64,000 bases of DNA. Source: Limnothrix sp. BL-A-16 (GTDB lineage: Bacteria; Cyanobacteriota; Cyanobacteriia; CACIAM-69d). The notes under the pieces were generated by a model. The model was not told the origin of the DNA. It did no database searches and saw nothing but the letters and a program-made list of their open reading frames with translations. This document shows positions 31,871 through 42,460 of the stretch, piece after piece (position 1 is the stretch's first letter; each line of letters starts with the position of its first letter). The stretch is taken from assembly GCA_041937175.2 (NCBI GenBank), contig CP166615.1, positions 3,840,001 through 3,904,000 of the forward strand, in the 5' to 3' direction. The position numbers and the translations under genes are program-made.

Positions 31871-33025
31871 TTAGCTAGCCCAGCCGTAGCTGCGGAGATG
31901 TTTGCCACAGTAGCCGATCGCAACTTTTTCGGTTTCAAAGTCCAACTCAAAATAGATTTGCAAGTTGTGGACTGCGTTGTTTTTGCCCAAGGTGAGATGT
32001 TTAAACATCCGCTGTTTGCGGCCCCCATGGCGAAAGTCCCGATCGCTCCCATATCGGGAACCGGTCACCTGGTGTTCCGTGGGCTTGAAGTCCAAACCAT
32101 AGGCGCGGAAACCCTCCCGCCAACCGCCCATCGATCGCCCTTCCCGTTTGGCCAGCAGGGAGGCGCGGCCAATTTCCGCGATCGCCCGTAAAGCTTGATA
32201 AACCTCGCTGGGGCGACCAAATTGGGACTCGGCCGCCGCCGATCGGGCAGAATCCCAAATTTCCAACACATCACCAAATTGTTGTTCCGCCGTTTCCACC
32301 GCTGCCAACACCGTTTCAAAAGCCCCCGCACTGGCCAACTCGTCCGTTTCCGAGTCGCTTGCTTCCGCTTCGGTCGGTTTGGGTTGATATTGCAGCAGGC
32401 TAGCCAAGTTGCTTTGGCTTGTGTTTAGCTCCGCTTCCAATTCCGCCACGTAATCCCGTAAATGGGATAGCTCCCCTTGCAGGGCCGATTGCTCATCCCA
32501 GGTTTGTTCCACATCAGTGCGAATGGCTTCCAGGTCGGCCCGCTCCTTTTGCAGCAGCCGATCGCGCTCTTGGAGTTGGGTTTTCAGGGCCTCGATCGTC
32601 CGTTGGTGGTTGGTGGCCTGCTCTTCCAGGGTTTCCAGTTGCAGTTGTAGTGCTCGCTGGCTGGTTTCCAGGGTTTGGCGCTCGTGGTTTTCGTGATCTA
32701 AATCTCGCTGCAACCGCTCCAGCCGTTGTTGATAGCGCCAGCGATCGAGCACCCGCATGGACACCACCCCGATCGTCAGTCCCCCCAAGGCCTGGGCCGC
32801 ATTTTGCCAGAGGGTTCCTTGGCCCCAGGCGGAGTCTGTCACCTCCACGCTGGCCAGCCCCAAGGCGGATCCGTGGCTAACCACACTCCCCACGCCCACC
32901 ACCGTGCAAAATGCCACCACGCTCAGTCCCAAGAGCGCCAATAACCGCATTCGATCGCCTGTTTCCATACCCGAATTAAGACCGCCGACCTGTGTGAGAA
33001 GCTTCCTCGATTGTAGACGCGCCAC
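31871..33025 (-). CDS. Hypothetical protein: two TM helices, long coiled coil, C-terminal alpha/beta domain
   Basis: Long ORF with host-like codon usage; hydrophobic N-terminus, heptad-rich middle, C-terminal KHLTLG...QIYF...IGYCGKHL; start may be 32968 or 32950. Confidence 0.8.
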   Translation of the reverse strand: MARLQSRKLLTQVGGLNSGMETGDRMRLLALLGLSVVAFCTVVGVGSVVSHGSALGLASVEVTDSAWGQGTLWQNAAQALGGLTIGVVSMRVLDRWRYQQRLERLQRDLDHENHERQTLETSQRALQLQLETLEEQATNHQRTIEALKTQLQERDRLLQKERADLEAIRTDVEQTWDEQSALQGELSHLRDYVAELEAELNTSQSNLASLLQYQPKPTEAEASDSETDELASAGAFETVLAAVETAEQQFGDVLEIWDSARSAAAESQFGRPSEVYQALRAIAEIGRASLLAKREGRSMGGWREGFRAYGLDFKPTEHQVTGSRYGSDRDFRHGGRKQRMFKHLTLGKNNAVHNLQIYFELDFETEKVAIGYCGKHLRSYGWAS

Positions 33026-33328
33026 TCTGGATTGTGTGGCCCCTACCCGTCATGATTTCCAAAGCGAGGGATTATCAATCCCTATTGTTTTGGGAGTTTA
33101 AACTAATGTTAAAAGTTGATTTTGAAAGCAGCGGTTTAAAGCGAAGATTTTAAGCCAAGGTTTAAAGCCAATTCTAAGGTCGCCATCTGTTTGTGATTGA
33201 GGGATAGTTGAGTGGCGCTCATGCTTGATGAATTTTGGTTTGATCTTGATTTTGCTTTAAGTTGACCTTGGTTTGATCATGCTTCAAGGGGGGCTTGGTT
33301 GGGATTGAACTTAGATTGAACTTGAATT

Positions 33329-33362
33329 AAAAAACCGGGAGAACCCGCTCAGGACTCTCCCG
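33329..33362 (-). terminator. Rho-independent terminator downstream of hspA
   Basis: Minus strand CGGGAGAGTCC-TGAGC-GGGTTCTCCCG followed by GTTTTTT. Confidence 0.7.
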
Positions 33363-33494
33363 AATCTGCATTCATTCACTCTTCTAGGTCGGCAATTGCA
33401 CTGAAACGGAAGTGCAACATCATCGTTCAAGATCAAAGTTCAAAGCCAAAGCGAAAGACCGTAGTGCAACGCTTTCAACCATGGGCCAGTTGCC

Positions 33495-33935
33495 CTAGCC
33501 GATCGACAGCTTCACAACTTTGTTCTTTTCTTCTTCCACCTTGGGCAACCGCAGTTCCAAAATGCCATTTTGATAGTTGGCAGTGGCTTGGGCATTTTGT
33601 ACGCGGGTGGGCAACGAGATCACTCGCTGGAATTTGCCGTAACGAAATTCGGTGCGGAAAGTGCTGCCTTCTGGGACGGTTTTCTCGGAGCGCCGCTCAC
33701 CGGCGATCGAAACAGAGTCCGCCGTTACTTCCACATCAACGGTCTTCGGATCAACGCCCGGTAGTTCCAGGCGCAACAGGAGCGCATCAGCGGTTTCTTC
33801 CAGTTCCGCAGCCGGTGCGTGGTGCAATTCCGGATCGATCGCCAAGGGAGTCATCAGTGCGCCATCCAAGAGTCGATCAAAACGCCGACGGAGTGACTCA
33901 ATTTCTCGATAGGGTTCCCAACGAATCAAGGTCAT
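33495..33935 (-). CDS. hspA: Small heat-shock protein Hsp20/alpha-crystallin
   Basis: MTLIRWEPYREIESL, PAAELEET, LELPG, EFRYGKFQRVISLP, YQNGILELRLPK, VVKLSI. Confidence 0.92.
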   Translation of the reverse strand: MTLIRWEPYREIESLRRRFDRLLDGALMTPLAIDPELHHAPAAELEETADALLLRLELPGVDPKTVDVEVTADSVSIAGERRSEKTVPEGSTFRTEFRYGKFQRVISLPTRVQNAQATANYQNGILELRLPKVEEEKNKVVKLSIG

Positions 33936-34373
33936 TTTAGCCACCTCGCTAACTCCTGAAATCAACAACTGGGGAGAAGGGCTTGCTTGAGGATTAACCT
34001 CAAGAATCGAGTTTAATCTTGCTCGAACTTGCTCGATTTTGTTCGATTTTGTGTGGAGCGTTTTGCTCTGCACAATCTCAAGATAGCTCTTTCAAATATA
34101 AGCCTGATTCGGTTTGTACGACCCATTCAAGGGCAGTTCCCACACCTGAGTTTTAAGCAATCAATTGCTGAAGTGTGATGCCGAAAGCCGAGGTGCTTGA
34201 TGGCTTTTACTTCTGGCGGTTGAGGATCTATGGAGAGAATGAAAATTCTGGAGCGGCGCAGTCAAATCTCAATAAAATTAAGAATGTTGCAAGGATAAAA
34301 ACCGTACTTTGGAGGGACTGAAAACCGATGGTTTGTCTGATGGGGGGCGGACATTCAACAGGATCCGAACCGG

Positions 34374-34679
34374 GTGCTTAACTGGGAACTAGGAGTGATT
34401 GTTGGGAGGGATGGCTGGATGGGTTGTGGGCTGGATTCCGTGATCAATAGCTGGGCTGGCTGCTCGATCGCGCCTGTCCTGTTGGCGCTTCCAACCACGG
34501 ACAGCGATTGGCGGTGGCTGGCGGGTGGCATGGGGCTGTTGGTGCTGTATTTGCTGGCTTCGGTGGCAACGGAAATGGGAACCCGCCGCCCGATCGGGGG
34601 GCGATCGCCCAAGCACTCATCAAGGGACGATTCCCCATCAGCGGGCGATCGGGAATCGTCTGTGCCTCCCCAGCCTTAG
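34374..34679 (+). CDS. Possible small membrane protein
   Basis: One clear TM segment (WRWLAGGMGLLVLYLLASVATEM) in an otherwise empty gap; start uncertain. Confidence 0.4.
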   Translation: MLNWELGVIVGRDGWMGCGLDSVINSWAGCSIAPVLLALPTTDSDWRWLAGGMGLLVLYLLASVATEMGTRRPIGGRSPKHSSRDDSPSAGDRESSVPPQP

Positions 34680-34834
34680 GAAAACCTTTTAAGATCGAGC
34701 AGTTGCGGCCCAGGGATCACACCCCCAAATCGGAACCGATCGCATTGAAATTGCATTGAAATTGCGCTGCGCCTTGCATTGAGATTGATCGAACCCCGAT
34801 CAAATTGCCCATGAATGTTCAGGAACTCCTCGCC

Positions 34835-35485
34835 ATGTTTTTTGGTTTAAAGCAAAAGTCCACGATGCCCACCGCCAAAGAAGCGTTACCGGGACGATCG
34901 ACCAAAATGCCCATCAAGAATCAGCATTTTGTGAATGGCAACCCGATCGAGGGGCCCTTCCCGGCCGGTCTGGAAACGGCCCTGTTTGGGTTGGGTTGTT
35001 TTTGGGGAGCCGAGCGCAAGTTTTGGCAAACCCCCGGCGTATTTTCCACGGCCGTGGGCTATGCGGCCGGGCACACGCCCAACCCCACTTACCACGAAGT
35101 TTGCACGGGCCTGACGGGCCACAACGAAGTGGTTCTGGTGGTCTATGACCCACAACAGGTGAGCTACGAGCAACTGTTGAAGGTCTTTTGGGAAAGCCAC
35201 AATCCCACCCAAGGGATGCGCCAAGGCAACGATGTGGGAACCCAATATCGATCGGGCATCTATACCTACAACGCAGCCCAAAAGGCGGCGGCGATCGCCT
35301 CAAAAGAACAGTACCAAGGGGCCCTGACCCAAGCGGGCCATGGAGACATCACCACGGAAATTCTGGATGCGCCGGAGTTTTACTACGCGGAAGACTATCA
35401 CCAGCAATATTTGGCTAAAAACCCCGGTGGCTATTGTGGCCTGGGCGGCACGGGGGTGAGCTGTCCCGTGGGCTTGGCGGTTTAG
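34835..35485 (+). CDS. msrA: Peptide-methionine (S)-S-oxide reductase
   Basis: [50 protein letters not shown]. Confidence 0.97.
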   Translation: MFFGLKQKSTMPTAKEALPGRSTKMPIKNQHFVNGNPIEGPFPAGLETALFGLGCFWGAERKFWQTPGVFSTAVGYAAGHTPNPTYHEVCTGLTGHNEVVLVVYDPQQVSYEQLLKVFWESHNPTQGMRQGNDVGTQYRSGIYTYNAAQKAAAIASKEQYQGALTQAGHGDITTEILDAPEFYYAEDYHQQYLAKNPGGYCGLGGTGVSCPVGLAV

Positions 35486-35585
35486 GGTTCGTTGCTGTTT
35501 CGGTTTTGGCCGTTGGCTGCCCTGGGGTTGCCCTTGGGGCCCGGCGGCCGATCGTTCCTTTGTTGGCCCCGGTGGGCCCCTTGCC

Positions 35586-36167
35586 ATGAGCGCGATCGCG
35601 ATCGATCTTCAGCCGGACTTGGCCTTGGACGATGCCACCTTTGCCCGCATCTGTCGCCAAAATCCCCACTGCAAATTTGAACGAACCGCCGCAGGGGAAT
35701 TAGTGACCGTGGCCCTCACGGGAGGCAGAACGGGACAGCGAAACTCACGCCTCACGACGCGGTTGGTGTTGTGGAATGAAGAGACGGGCTTGGGCGAGGT
35801 GTTTGACTCTTCCACGGGGCTTAAACTGCCGAACGGAGCCATTCGATCGCCCGATGTTGCTTGGGTTAGTTACGATCGCTGGTTGGCCCTCAGCACTAAG
35901 CAACAGGATAGCTATCCGCCCCTTTGTCCTGATTTTGTGGTGGAGCTGAAGTCGCCCAGTGATGACTTGGGCCAAGTGCAAGCAAAGATGCAGGAATATC
36001 TCAACAATGGGCTGCGTTTGGGGTGGTTGCTGGATCCGGCGGAGGCGATCGCCCAGATCTACCGGCCCGATCGCCCGGTGGAAACCCTTAAATCTCCCCC
36101 CGCCCTAAGCGGTGACAGTTGCCTACCGGGGTTTTCCCTCTCTTTGGCGGGCATTTTGGATTCCTAG
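35586..36167 (+). CDS. Uma2 family endonuclease
   Basis: FERTA.GEL, FDSSTG..LPNGAIRSPDVAW, PLCPDFVVELKSPSD, KMQEYL.NG.RLGWL.DP. Confidence 0.92.
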   Translation: MSAIAIDLQPDLALDDATFARICRQNPHCKFERTAAGELVTVALTGGRTGQRNSRLTTRLVLWNEETGLGEVFDSSTGLKLPNGAIRSPDVAWVSYDRWLALSTKQQDSYPPLCPDFVVELKSPSDDLGQVQAKMQEYLNNGLRLGWLLDPAEAIAQIYRPDRPVETLKSPPALSGDSCLPGFSLSLAGILDS

Positions 36168-36178
36168 ATTTTGGATTC

Positions 36179-39100
36179 CTAGGAGGTTGATTGGGGAGCG
36201 GCTTGGGGGGCTGGCGATCGTTGGCCAAACATGGCCGTGATTGCCGCGTCGAGGGTGGGTTGCATCACAATTCGATCGCCATGGGCCACCACCAGCCGAA
36301 TCAGGGTCGGGAGGCCGCCCGCATCGGCCGCGAGATACAGCGGCTCCACATAGAGAATGGAGCGCCCGATCGGGATGGCGACCAAGTTCCCTTGAATTAC
36401 CTTGGAACCCTGCCGATTCCAAAGGCTAATTTGGCGTGCAATGTCTGGATCTTGATTAATGCGGGCTTCCACCTGCTCAATCCCAAACACCAGCCGATCC
36501 TTGGGGAACTGATAGAGCAAGAGTCGGCCGTAGCGATCACCATCGGAGCGAGCCGCCAACCAGCCAATCAGGTTGCTGCGCTTGGCGGGGCTGAAGGGCA
36601 ACAACTGCACAAACTCCGGTTGGCTGGTGCCGGGCAGTTGCATCAGAGCAAAGTAGGGCTGAATCGGTTGGGGCTGGTTGCCGTAAATTTCGTTGGGAAT
36701 TTGCCACAGATCCTCCCGGTTATAGAACTCCTGGGGATTACTCATGTGATAGGTCAGCAGCTTTTCCGATTGCACGGCAAACAGATCGATCGGGTAGCGG
36801 AAGTGCGATCGAATGGCGGGCGGGCATTGGTCGATCGGGCGAAAGAGTTCCGGGAACACCGCTTGCCAACTGCGAATCAGCGGATCATCCCCATCGGCCA
36901 CATAAAACCGCACCGTGCCGTTATAGGCATCAATCACCGCTTTCACGGAATTGCGAATGTAATTAAAACCGGCGCGGCTGGGTTCGGAATAGGGATAACG
37001 GCGGCTGGTGGTGTAGCCATCCACAATCCAAAACAGGTGGCTGCGGCGATCGAACCCATCAGGATCCGCTGTTGATTGCAGGTTCACGGCCACGGCGTAG
37101 GGATCGCGATCGAACTGCAAGAAGGGGGCGATCGTCCGTACCCGTTCCCGCACATTCCGCCGCCAGAGTAAGCGCGTGTCGGGCGTGAGGTTATTGGTCA
37201 GCAGTAATTGCCAATCGCGCAGATAGGCCGCCAACAGCCACCGCTTCCACCAGTGGTCGCCAATTAAAACGCCCCCTTGGCCGTCGTAGTGGTTATAGGC
37301 GTTGTCATTGCCTCGGGGATAGTCCAACTCTTGGGCGGCGGTTGGAGCCAGGATGTAGGCATTGGTTAGCTCACCGAAGTAGACCCGGGGCCGATCGAGG
37401 GGAATGCCTTGGCTCACCTGCTCATTGGCGGCCCGCAGGATACCGCCGCCCGCGTCATCGGTGCCGGAACCAATATCCCGAACCCAATAGAGCGGTAGGC
37501 CACCGGCTCCCACTTGGTTGGCGGGACTGAGGGTGAAGCCATAGCCGTGGGTATAGACCAAATGGCGGTTCAGCCAAGTTTGAGCTGGGGCAGACAGGGC
37601 GGCGGTGTCCAACTCCCGCATGGAGAGGATGGTGGGATGGAGGGTCGATCGGTCTGTGGCGGCTGGGGCCGGATTGGGGCGATCGGGCAATCGGTATCGA
37701 TCGAGGTCTGCGTTGGCAAAGCGGTAATAGGAGCGGATTTGCTGGAGCTGCCGATTGGTATCTAGCAGCGGATTCGTGTCCCAAAGGCGCACACTGTCGA
37801 GGGTCGGCCCATAGGTTTGCAGATCCGTCGCGCTGAGGGTGGCTTGGGGGTCAAAGGATTCCGCTTGCACCCGATCGAGGCCAAATGCCGATCGGGTAAA
37901 GGCAATGTTGCGCTCAATGTAGGGCCGTTCCCGTTCCAGCTCGTTGGGTTCCACAATGGCCCCCTGCACCGCCTCGGGCAACAGAAACCCCAAACTGATG
38001 CCCCCGATCGCGTAGCACAACAGCCCGATCGCCACCAATCGGGGCGGCAAATCCGGCCGGCGATCGCCCGTGGGTTGGGCCACCCGGCCATCCAGCCAGC
38101 GCCGAGGTTGCAACCCCGTCAAGGCATAGCCCAGCAGCCAAACCCCACTGCCCAAGGACACCAACCCCAAGCCGATGTTGGCCGGCAACTGCACCCGAAT
38201 ATCCGCAAAACCGGCCCCATAGGCAGCTCCCCGGGCGGAATTGAGCAAATCAAAACAGGCAATTCCGGCACTGATGCCCGCCGCCAACAACACCAACCCC
38301 AACAGGCCGCAGCCATGCCGCCATTCCCCCACCGTGAAGCCAGGAAATCGCCCCCGAGCCAAGGATTTCTGACTGAGCAGGTAATATAGCCCCACTAGCA
38401 GGGCTGACCAGAGCAACAGCCCGATCGCCCAAAATTCCAACAGTTCCACCAGGGGCAAGCCAAACACAAACCAGCCCACATCCAACCCAAACACCGGATC
38501 CACCTGCTGAAATCGGCTGGGGTGGGTGGCGAGCAGAATCGTCGCCCAATGCTGAGAGCCAATCCAGGCAAAGTTCAACGCGGCGATCGCCCCCAAGGCC
38601 CGCAAGCCCCAACCCGGCGCGATCGCCCCCAGAGTCCAAAGGCATCCCGGCAGTGCCAACCACCACCATTGCCCCAATCGCAACGGTTCCAACAGTTCCC
38701 ACAACAGCAGCGGTTGCAAGCGAGGAACCGCCGTGGGCAAGGCTTCCCGCCCCGCTGCCCAGCCAATTTGCCCGTAATGCACCACCAGCAGGGCCAACCC
38801 CAGGGCCAACAATCCCGACACCGCCAACAGCGGCAGCAAATCTAGCCGGCCACCCACCAGCCGCTCCCCACGCGGTTCAATCGCCCGAGGCATCACCCAC
38901 CAGGGGCGATCGGGATCAGGGCCCAGGGCCACCGACTCCCGGCGGTTGAGCTGTTCCGCCAGCCACAGATTGCCCCACAGCACCGCCAACGACCCGATCG
39001 CCCCCACCCCAAACAGAGCCGCCTGCACCGCCAGCCGCATCCACCAAAGGGAGCCATAGCCCAACTGGTCAAACCAAAGGCCATCCCCCAACCAGCGCAC

Positions 39101-39229
39101 CGCCAGCCCGATCGCCAGCACAAAACCCAACCCCCTCAGGGCCCACCGCCAAGGTTGCTGCTTGGCTCGATCGGGGGCCGCCATGGGGGGCGTTGAATTG
39201 ATAGCCAAGGGCGATCGCGTCCGGGTCAA
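36179..39229 (-). CDS. UPF0182 family integral membrane protein
   Basis: WF..LGY, DPVFGLDVGWFVF.LP, V.PNEL.RE.PYI.RNI..TR.AFGL, HLVYTHGYG, NYIRNSVKA.IDAYNG, YVEPLYL. Confidence 0.92.
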   Translation of the reverse strand: MTRTRSPLAINSTPPMAAPDRAKQQPWRWALRGLGFVLAIGLAVRWLGDGLWFDQLGYGSLWWMRLAVQAALFGVGAIGSLAVLWGNLWLAEQLNRRESVALGPDPDRPWWVMPRAIEPRGERLVGGRLDLLPLLAVSGLLALGLALLVVHYGQIGWAAGREALPTAVPRLQPLLLWELLEPLRLGQWWWLALPGCLWTLGAIAPGWGLRALGAIAALNFAWIGSQHWATILLATHPSRFQQVDPVFGLDVGWFVFGLPLVELLEFWAIGLLLWSALLVGLYYLLSQKSLARGRFPGFTVGEWRHGCGLLGLVLLAAGISAGIACFDLLNSARGAAYGAGFADIRVQLPANIGLGLVSLGSGVWLLGYALTGLQPRRWLDGRVAQPTGDRRPDLPPRLVAIGLLCYAIGGISLGFLLPEAVQGAIVEPNELERERPYIERNIAFTRSAFGLDRVQAESFDPQATLSATDLQTYGPTLDSVRLWDTNPLLDTNRQLQQIRSYYRFANADLDRYRLPDRPNPAPAATDRSTLHPTILSMRELDTAALSAPAQTWLNRHLVYTHGYGFTLSPANQVGAGGLPLYWVRDIGSGTDDAGGGILRAANEQVSQGIPLDRPRVYFGELTNAYILAPTAAQELDYPRGNDNAYNHYDGQGGVLIGDHWWKRWLLAAYLRDWQLLLTNNLTPDTRLLWRRNVRERVRTIAPFLQFDRDPYAVAVNLQSTADPDGFDRRSHLFWIVDGYTTSRRYPYSEPSRAGFNYIRNSVKAVIDAYNGTVRFYVADGDDPLIRSWQAVFPELFRPIDQCPPAIRSHFRYPIDLFAVQSEKLLTYHMSNPQEFYNREDLWQIPNEIYGNQPQPIQPYFALMQLPGTSQPEFVQLLPFSPAKRSNLIGWLAARSDGDRYGRLLLYQFPKDRLVFGIEQVEARINQDPDIARQISLWNRQGSKVIQGNLVAIPIGRSILYVEPLYLAADAGGLPTLIRLVVAHGDRIVMQPTLDAAITAMFGQRSPAPQAAPQSTS

Positions 39230-39320
39230 GGAAAGTCTCCAGCCTCAATGAACGTTGTCTAGCGGAATGCTGGGAAAAAAGCAACTGCGCCGCGCCGCCG
39301 CCCCTGGGCAACAGCCACCA

Positions 39321-39836
39321 TCAGGCCGACGATTGAGGCGATTTAAAGGCCTGACGAACTTTAGGCCGAAACAGGTAGAACAAAATCAAAAGGGCGATCG
39401 CCAATTGAAACCCTAACTGCGACAGGGTTGAAGCCGGAATTGAAGCGGATCCTAGGGCGATCGAACTCACTAGCGACTGTCCCAAACTCAAAACCTGCAA
39501 AATCTGCCAAATTAACGTCAAAATCCAAGCCCATTGCTTCAACTTCCAGAGGCCATATCCCAGCAATCCCCCCACAAGCGAGAGCAACACCCCAATTCCC
39601 CCAAACACCAAAATCAACGTCGGAACCATTCCCAGCATCATCGCCTGGGACTGGGGATCCGCACTGGAACCAGTGGTTTGGAATTGCAGTTTTAGGCTCT
39701 CGATCGTGCCATCCACTAAAAATTGTCGCCATTGGGGAATCACCAACACCGACAAACTGAGCAATAACCCAAAACCACTATAGAAAAACTGCAAACCCGC
39801 CAGAATGGTGACACCTAAGGGGCGCTTGATCATCAT
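39321..39836 (-). CDS. Hypothetical 4-TM membrane protein
   Basis: KRPLGVTILA...GYGLWKLKQWAW...YLFRPKVRQAF pattern. Confidence 0.75.
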   Translation of the reverse strand: MMIKRPLGVTILAGLQFFYSGFGLLLSLSVLVIPQWRQFLVDGTIESLKLQFQTTGSSADPQSQAMMLGMVPTLILVFGGIGVLLSLVGGLLGYGLWKLKQWAWILTLIWQILQVLSLGQSLVSSIALGSASIPASTLSQLGFQLAIALLILFYLFRPKVRQAFKSPQSSA

Positions 39837-39957
39837 CTTTGGATTGGTTGCCAGATTACGCCTCGGTTATAGCAACGAAATCCCGGAACGTTCCGGGTCA
39901 AATCGTGCTATTTCTGCAAGGAATTTCTCGGGAATTTCTGTGGAGTTGCCCCGGCCC

Positions 39958-41298
39958 ATGAAAACGAAAGTTTCGCCCCTGAACCCGATTTGGCTGTTTC
40001 TGATTGCCTTCGCCACGGTGGTGGCGGCCTACAGCGGCAAGATGAAACCCCTGACGGAGGCTTCCTTCAAGGGGGCGGGCAGCGCGGTGGAACTGGCGAT
40101 CGGGCTGGTGGGTTCCATGGCCCTCTGGTTGGGGATTATGCGGGTGGCGGAGGAAGCCGGGCTAATGCAGGCGATCGCCCGGGCAATTCGGCCCGTGATG
40201 GTGCGGCTGTTTCCCACCGTGCCGCCGGAGCATCCCGCCATGTCCGCCATGATCATGAATTTGGCGGCCAATGCTCTGGGCTTGGGTAATGCGGCTACGC
40301 CCTTGGGTCTGAAGGCCATGAAGGAACTCGATCGCCTGAATCCCAATCCCGGCACGGCCACCAACGCCATGTGTTTGTTTTTGGCGATTAACACGGCCTC
40401 GGTGACCCTGATTCCGCTGGAGGTGATCGCCGTGCGGGCCAGCGCGGGCACGACCCAACCGGCCTCGATCGTCCTCACCACCTTGGTTGCTACGGCGATC
40501 GGGACTACGGCCGCCGTGCTGGCTGCCAAGTTTGCGGCCCGCCGATCGCCCGATCCAGCCCCGGTGATTGAGCCAACCGAGCCGATCGCGGACGCGCCTG
40601 AAAATTCCGAGGCGATCGAACCGGCCGTGGACACCGCCCCGCCGCCGGTCTTGCATCCCCCCAGCTGCGTCGGTCAACTGGTCTTTGGTGGGTTGGTGCT
40701 GGCCTTTCTCGGGGCGATCGTCCAAAAGGTGATGCGACACGGTTTTGGCTTTGTCTTCAGCTTGGAAGGCTTCACCACCATTTCCAACTGGGTGCTACCG
40801 ATGTTTATCAGCGGCTTCTTAATCTATGGCTACTTTCGCGGGGTGCGGGTTTATGAAGCCCTGACCGAGGGCGCAAAGGAGGGTTTTGAAATTGCTGTGC
40901 GGGTGATTCCGTTTATGGTGGCGATTTTTGTGGCGATCGGGATGTTTCGAGCCAGCGGTGCGCTGGAACTGCTGACCAACCTGCTCACTCCCGTCACCGC
41001 TTTGATTGGGATGCCCGCCGAAGCGCTGCCCATGGCCCTGATTCGGCCGCTGTCCGGTAGCGGCGCGTTTGGCTTCATGTCGGAAATTGTGAAAGCCAAC
41101 CCCAACAGCTTCCTGGCGGATTTGGTTTCCACCATGCAAGGTGCATCGGACACGACGTTCTATACGCTGGCGGTCTATTTCGGCAGTGTGGCGATTATTC
41201 GGACGCGCTATGCCTTGCCGGTGGGGCTGTTTGCCGATGCGGTCAGTGCGATCGCCTCGGTGTTGGTTTGTCGGCTGCTGCTACCGGGCGCGGCCTAG
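39958..41298 (+). CDS. Fused SpmA/SpmB-like nucleoside-recognition (Gate) domain membrane protein
   Basis: LWLGIMRVAE, NALGLGNAATPLGLKAM.EL, FLAINT; second half EGAKEGF, RPLSGSGA, DTTFYTLAVYFGSV. Confidence 0.88.
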   Translation: MKTKVSPLNPIWLFLIAFATVVAAYSGKMKPLTEASFKGAGSAVELAIGLVGSMALWLGIMRVAEEAGLMQAIARAIRPVMVRLFPTVPPEHPAMSAMIMNLAANALGLGNAATPLGLKAMKELDRLNPNPGTATNAMCLFLAINTASVTLIPLEVIAVRASAGTTQPASIVLTTLVATAIGTTAAVLAAKFAARRSPDPAPVIEPTEPIADAPENSEAIEPAVDTAPPPVLHPPSCVGQLVFGGLVLAFLGAIVQKVMRHGFGFVFSLEGFTTISNWVLPMFISGFLIYGYFRGVRVYEALTEGAKEGFEIAVRVIPFMVAIFVAIGMFRASGALELLTNLLTPVTALIGMPAEALPMALIRPLSGSGAFGFMSEIVKANPNSFLADLVSTMQGASDTTFYTLAVYFGSVAIIRTRYALPVGLFADAVSAIASVLVCRLLLPGAA

Positions 41299-41323
41299 GC
41301 GATCGCCCCGAAACCTTGCCAGG

Positions 41324-41343
41324 CAAGGGGCTTAAGCCCCTTG
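41324..41343. repeat. REP-like palindrome CAAGGGGCTTAAGCCCCTTG
   Basis: Perfect 20-bp palindrome, intergenic. Confidence 0.85.
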
Positions 41344-41439
41344 TCTACTGATAGTTAAGCCCCTTAACGGATCGCCCCTGGATCGCTATCTTTAAAAACA
41401 GACCACACAACCACCTTTCAAGGACGAGTTAGCAACCCC

Positions 41440-41724
41440 ATGGCCAAAGCAATTTGGAACGGAACCGTGATTGCCGAGAGCGATCGCACCGAAGTTGTGG
41501 AAGGAAACCACTACTTCCCGGCCGATTCGATTAAGGCGGAATATTTCCAACCCAGCAACACCCACACCACCTGTGGCTGGAAAGGTGTGGCCAGCTACTA
41601 CACGATCGCCGTGGATGGCCAAACCAACCCCGATGCGGCTTGGTACTATCCCGAACCCAAGGATGCGGCCAAAAAAATCGCCGGTTACGTGGCCTTCTGG
41701 CGTGGCGTGAAGGTGGAAGCGTAA
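41440..41724 (+). CDS. DUF427 family protein
   Basis: AIWNGTVIAESD, VEGNHYFP, C.WKGVASYY, AAWYYPEPK. Confidence 0.9.
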   Translation: MAKAIWNGTVIAESDRTEVVEGNHYFPADSIKAEYFQPSNTHTTCGWKGVASYYTIAVDGQTNPDAAWYYPEPKDAAKKIAGYVAFWRGVKVEA

Positions 41725-41782
41725 TGATTGGGGGCGATCGCGCGATCGCCCCCACCGCGAAACGGTTAACATCCTGGCAAGG

Positions 41783-41802
41783 CAAGGGGCTTAAGCCCCT
41801 TG
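41783..41802. repeat. REP-like palindrome CAAGGGGCTTAAGCCCCTTG
   Basis: Perfect 20-bp palindrome, intergenic. Confidence 0.85.
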
Positions 41803-41847
41803 TCCCAATGACTGTTCCCTGTCGATTTTCCTGAGCTTGCGCCGGAT

Positions 41848-42402
41848 ATGTCCCCCGAAATTGCCGCCACGATCGAAATTCTGTCCGCCGACGAGTTGCG
41901 CCGCACCGTCAACCGGCTTGCGTCCGAAGTGGTTGAGCGATCGGGCGACCTCTCCAAAGTGGTGCTCGTGGGCATCTACACCCGGGGCGTACCCCTGGCC
42001 AAACTGTTGGCCCGCCAAATCGAAATGCTTGAAGGCGTAACCGTTCCCGTCGGCGCACTGGACATCACCTTCTATCGCGACGACCTCGACAAAATTGGCC
42101 CCCGCACCCCCGAACGCAGCGATATTCCCGTCGATCTCACGGGCAAAATCACCGTTTTGGTGGATGACGTAATCTTCACGGGCCGCACGATTCGCGGAGC
42201 CTTAAACGCCACTTTGGACTATGGACGGCCCGAGTCCATTCGGTTGTTGTCCTTGGTCGATCGGGGCCATCGCCAACTACCGATTCACCCGGACTACACC
42301 GGCAAAGTGTTGCCCACCGCCAAGGACGAAAAGGTGAAAGTTTATCTCCAAGAATTTGACGGCCGCGATGCTGTCGAACTCAGCCGCGCCCCCGTCAATT
42401 AG
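41848..42402 (+). CDS. pyrR: Bifunctional pyr regulator / uracil phosphoribosyltransferase
   Basis: [53 protein letters not shown]. Confidence 0.96.
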   Translation: MSPEIAATIEILSADELRRTVNRLASEVVERSGDLSKVVLVGIYTRGVPLAKLLARQIEMLEGVTVPVGALDITFYRDDLDKIGPRTPERSDIPVDLTGKITVLVDDVIFTGRTIRGALNATLDYGRPESIRLLSLVDRGHRQLPIHPDYTGKVLPTAKDEKVKVYLQEFDGRDAVELSRAPVN

Positions 42403-42460
42403 TTTCTAAATTTATCTCCGACTCCCTCAGAATATTTGGTTAACATAGTGGATAGATTCA

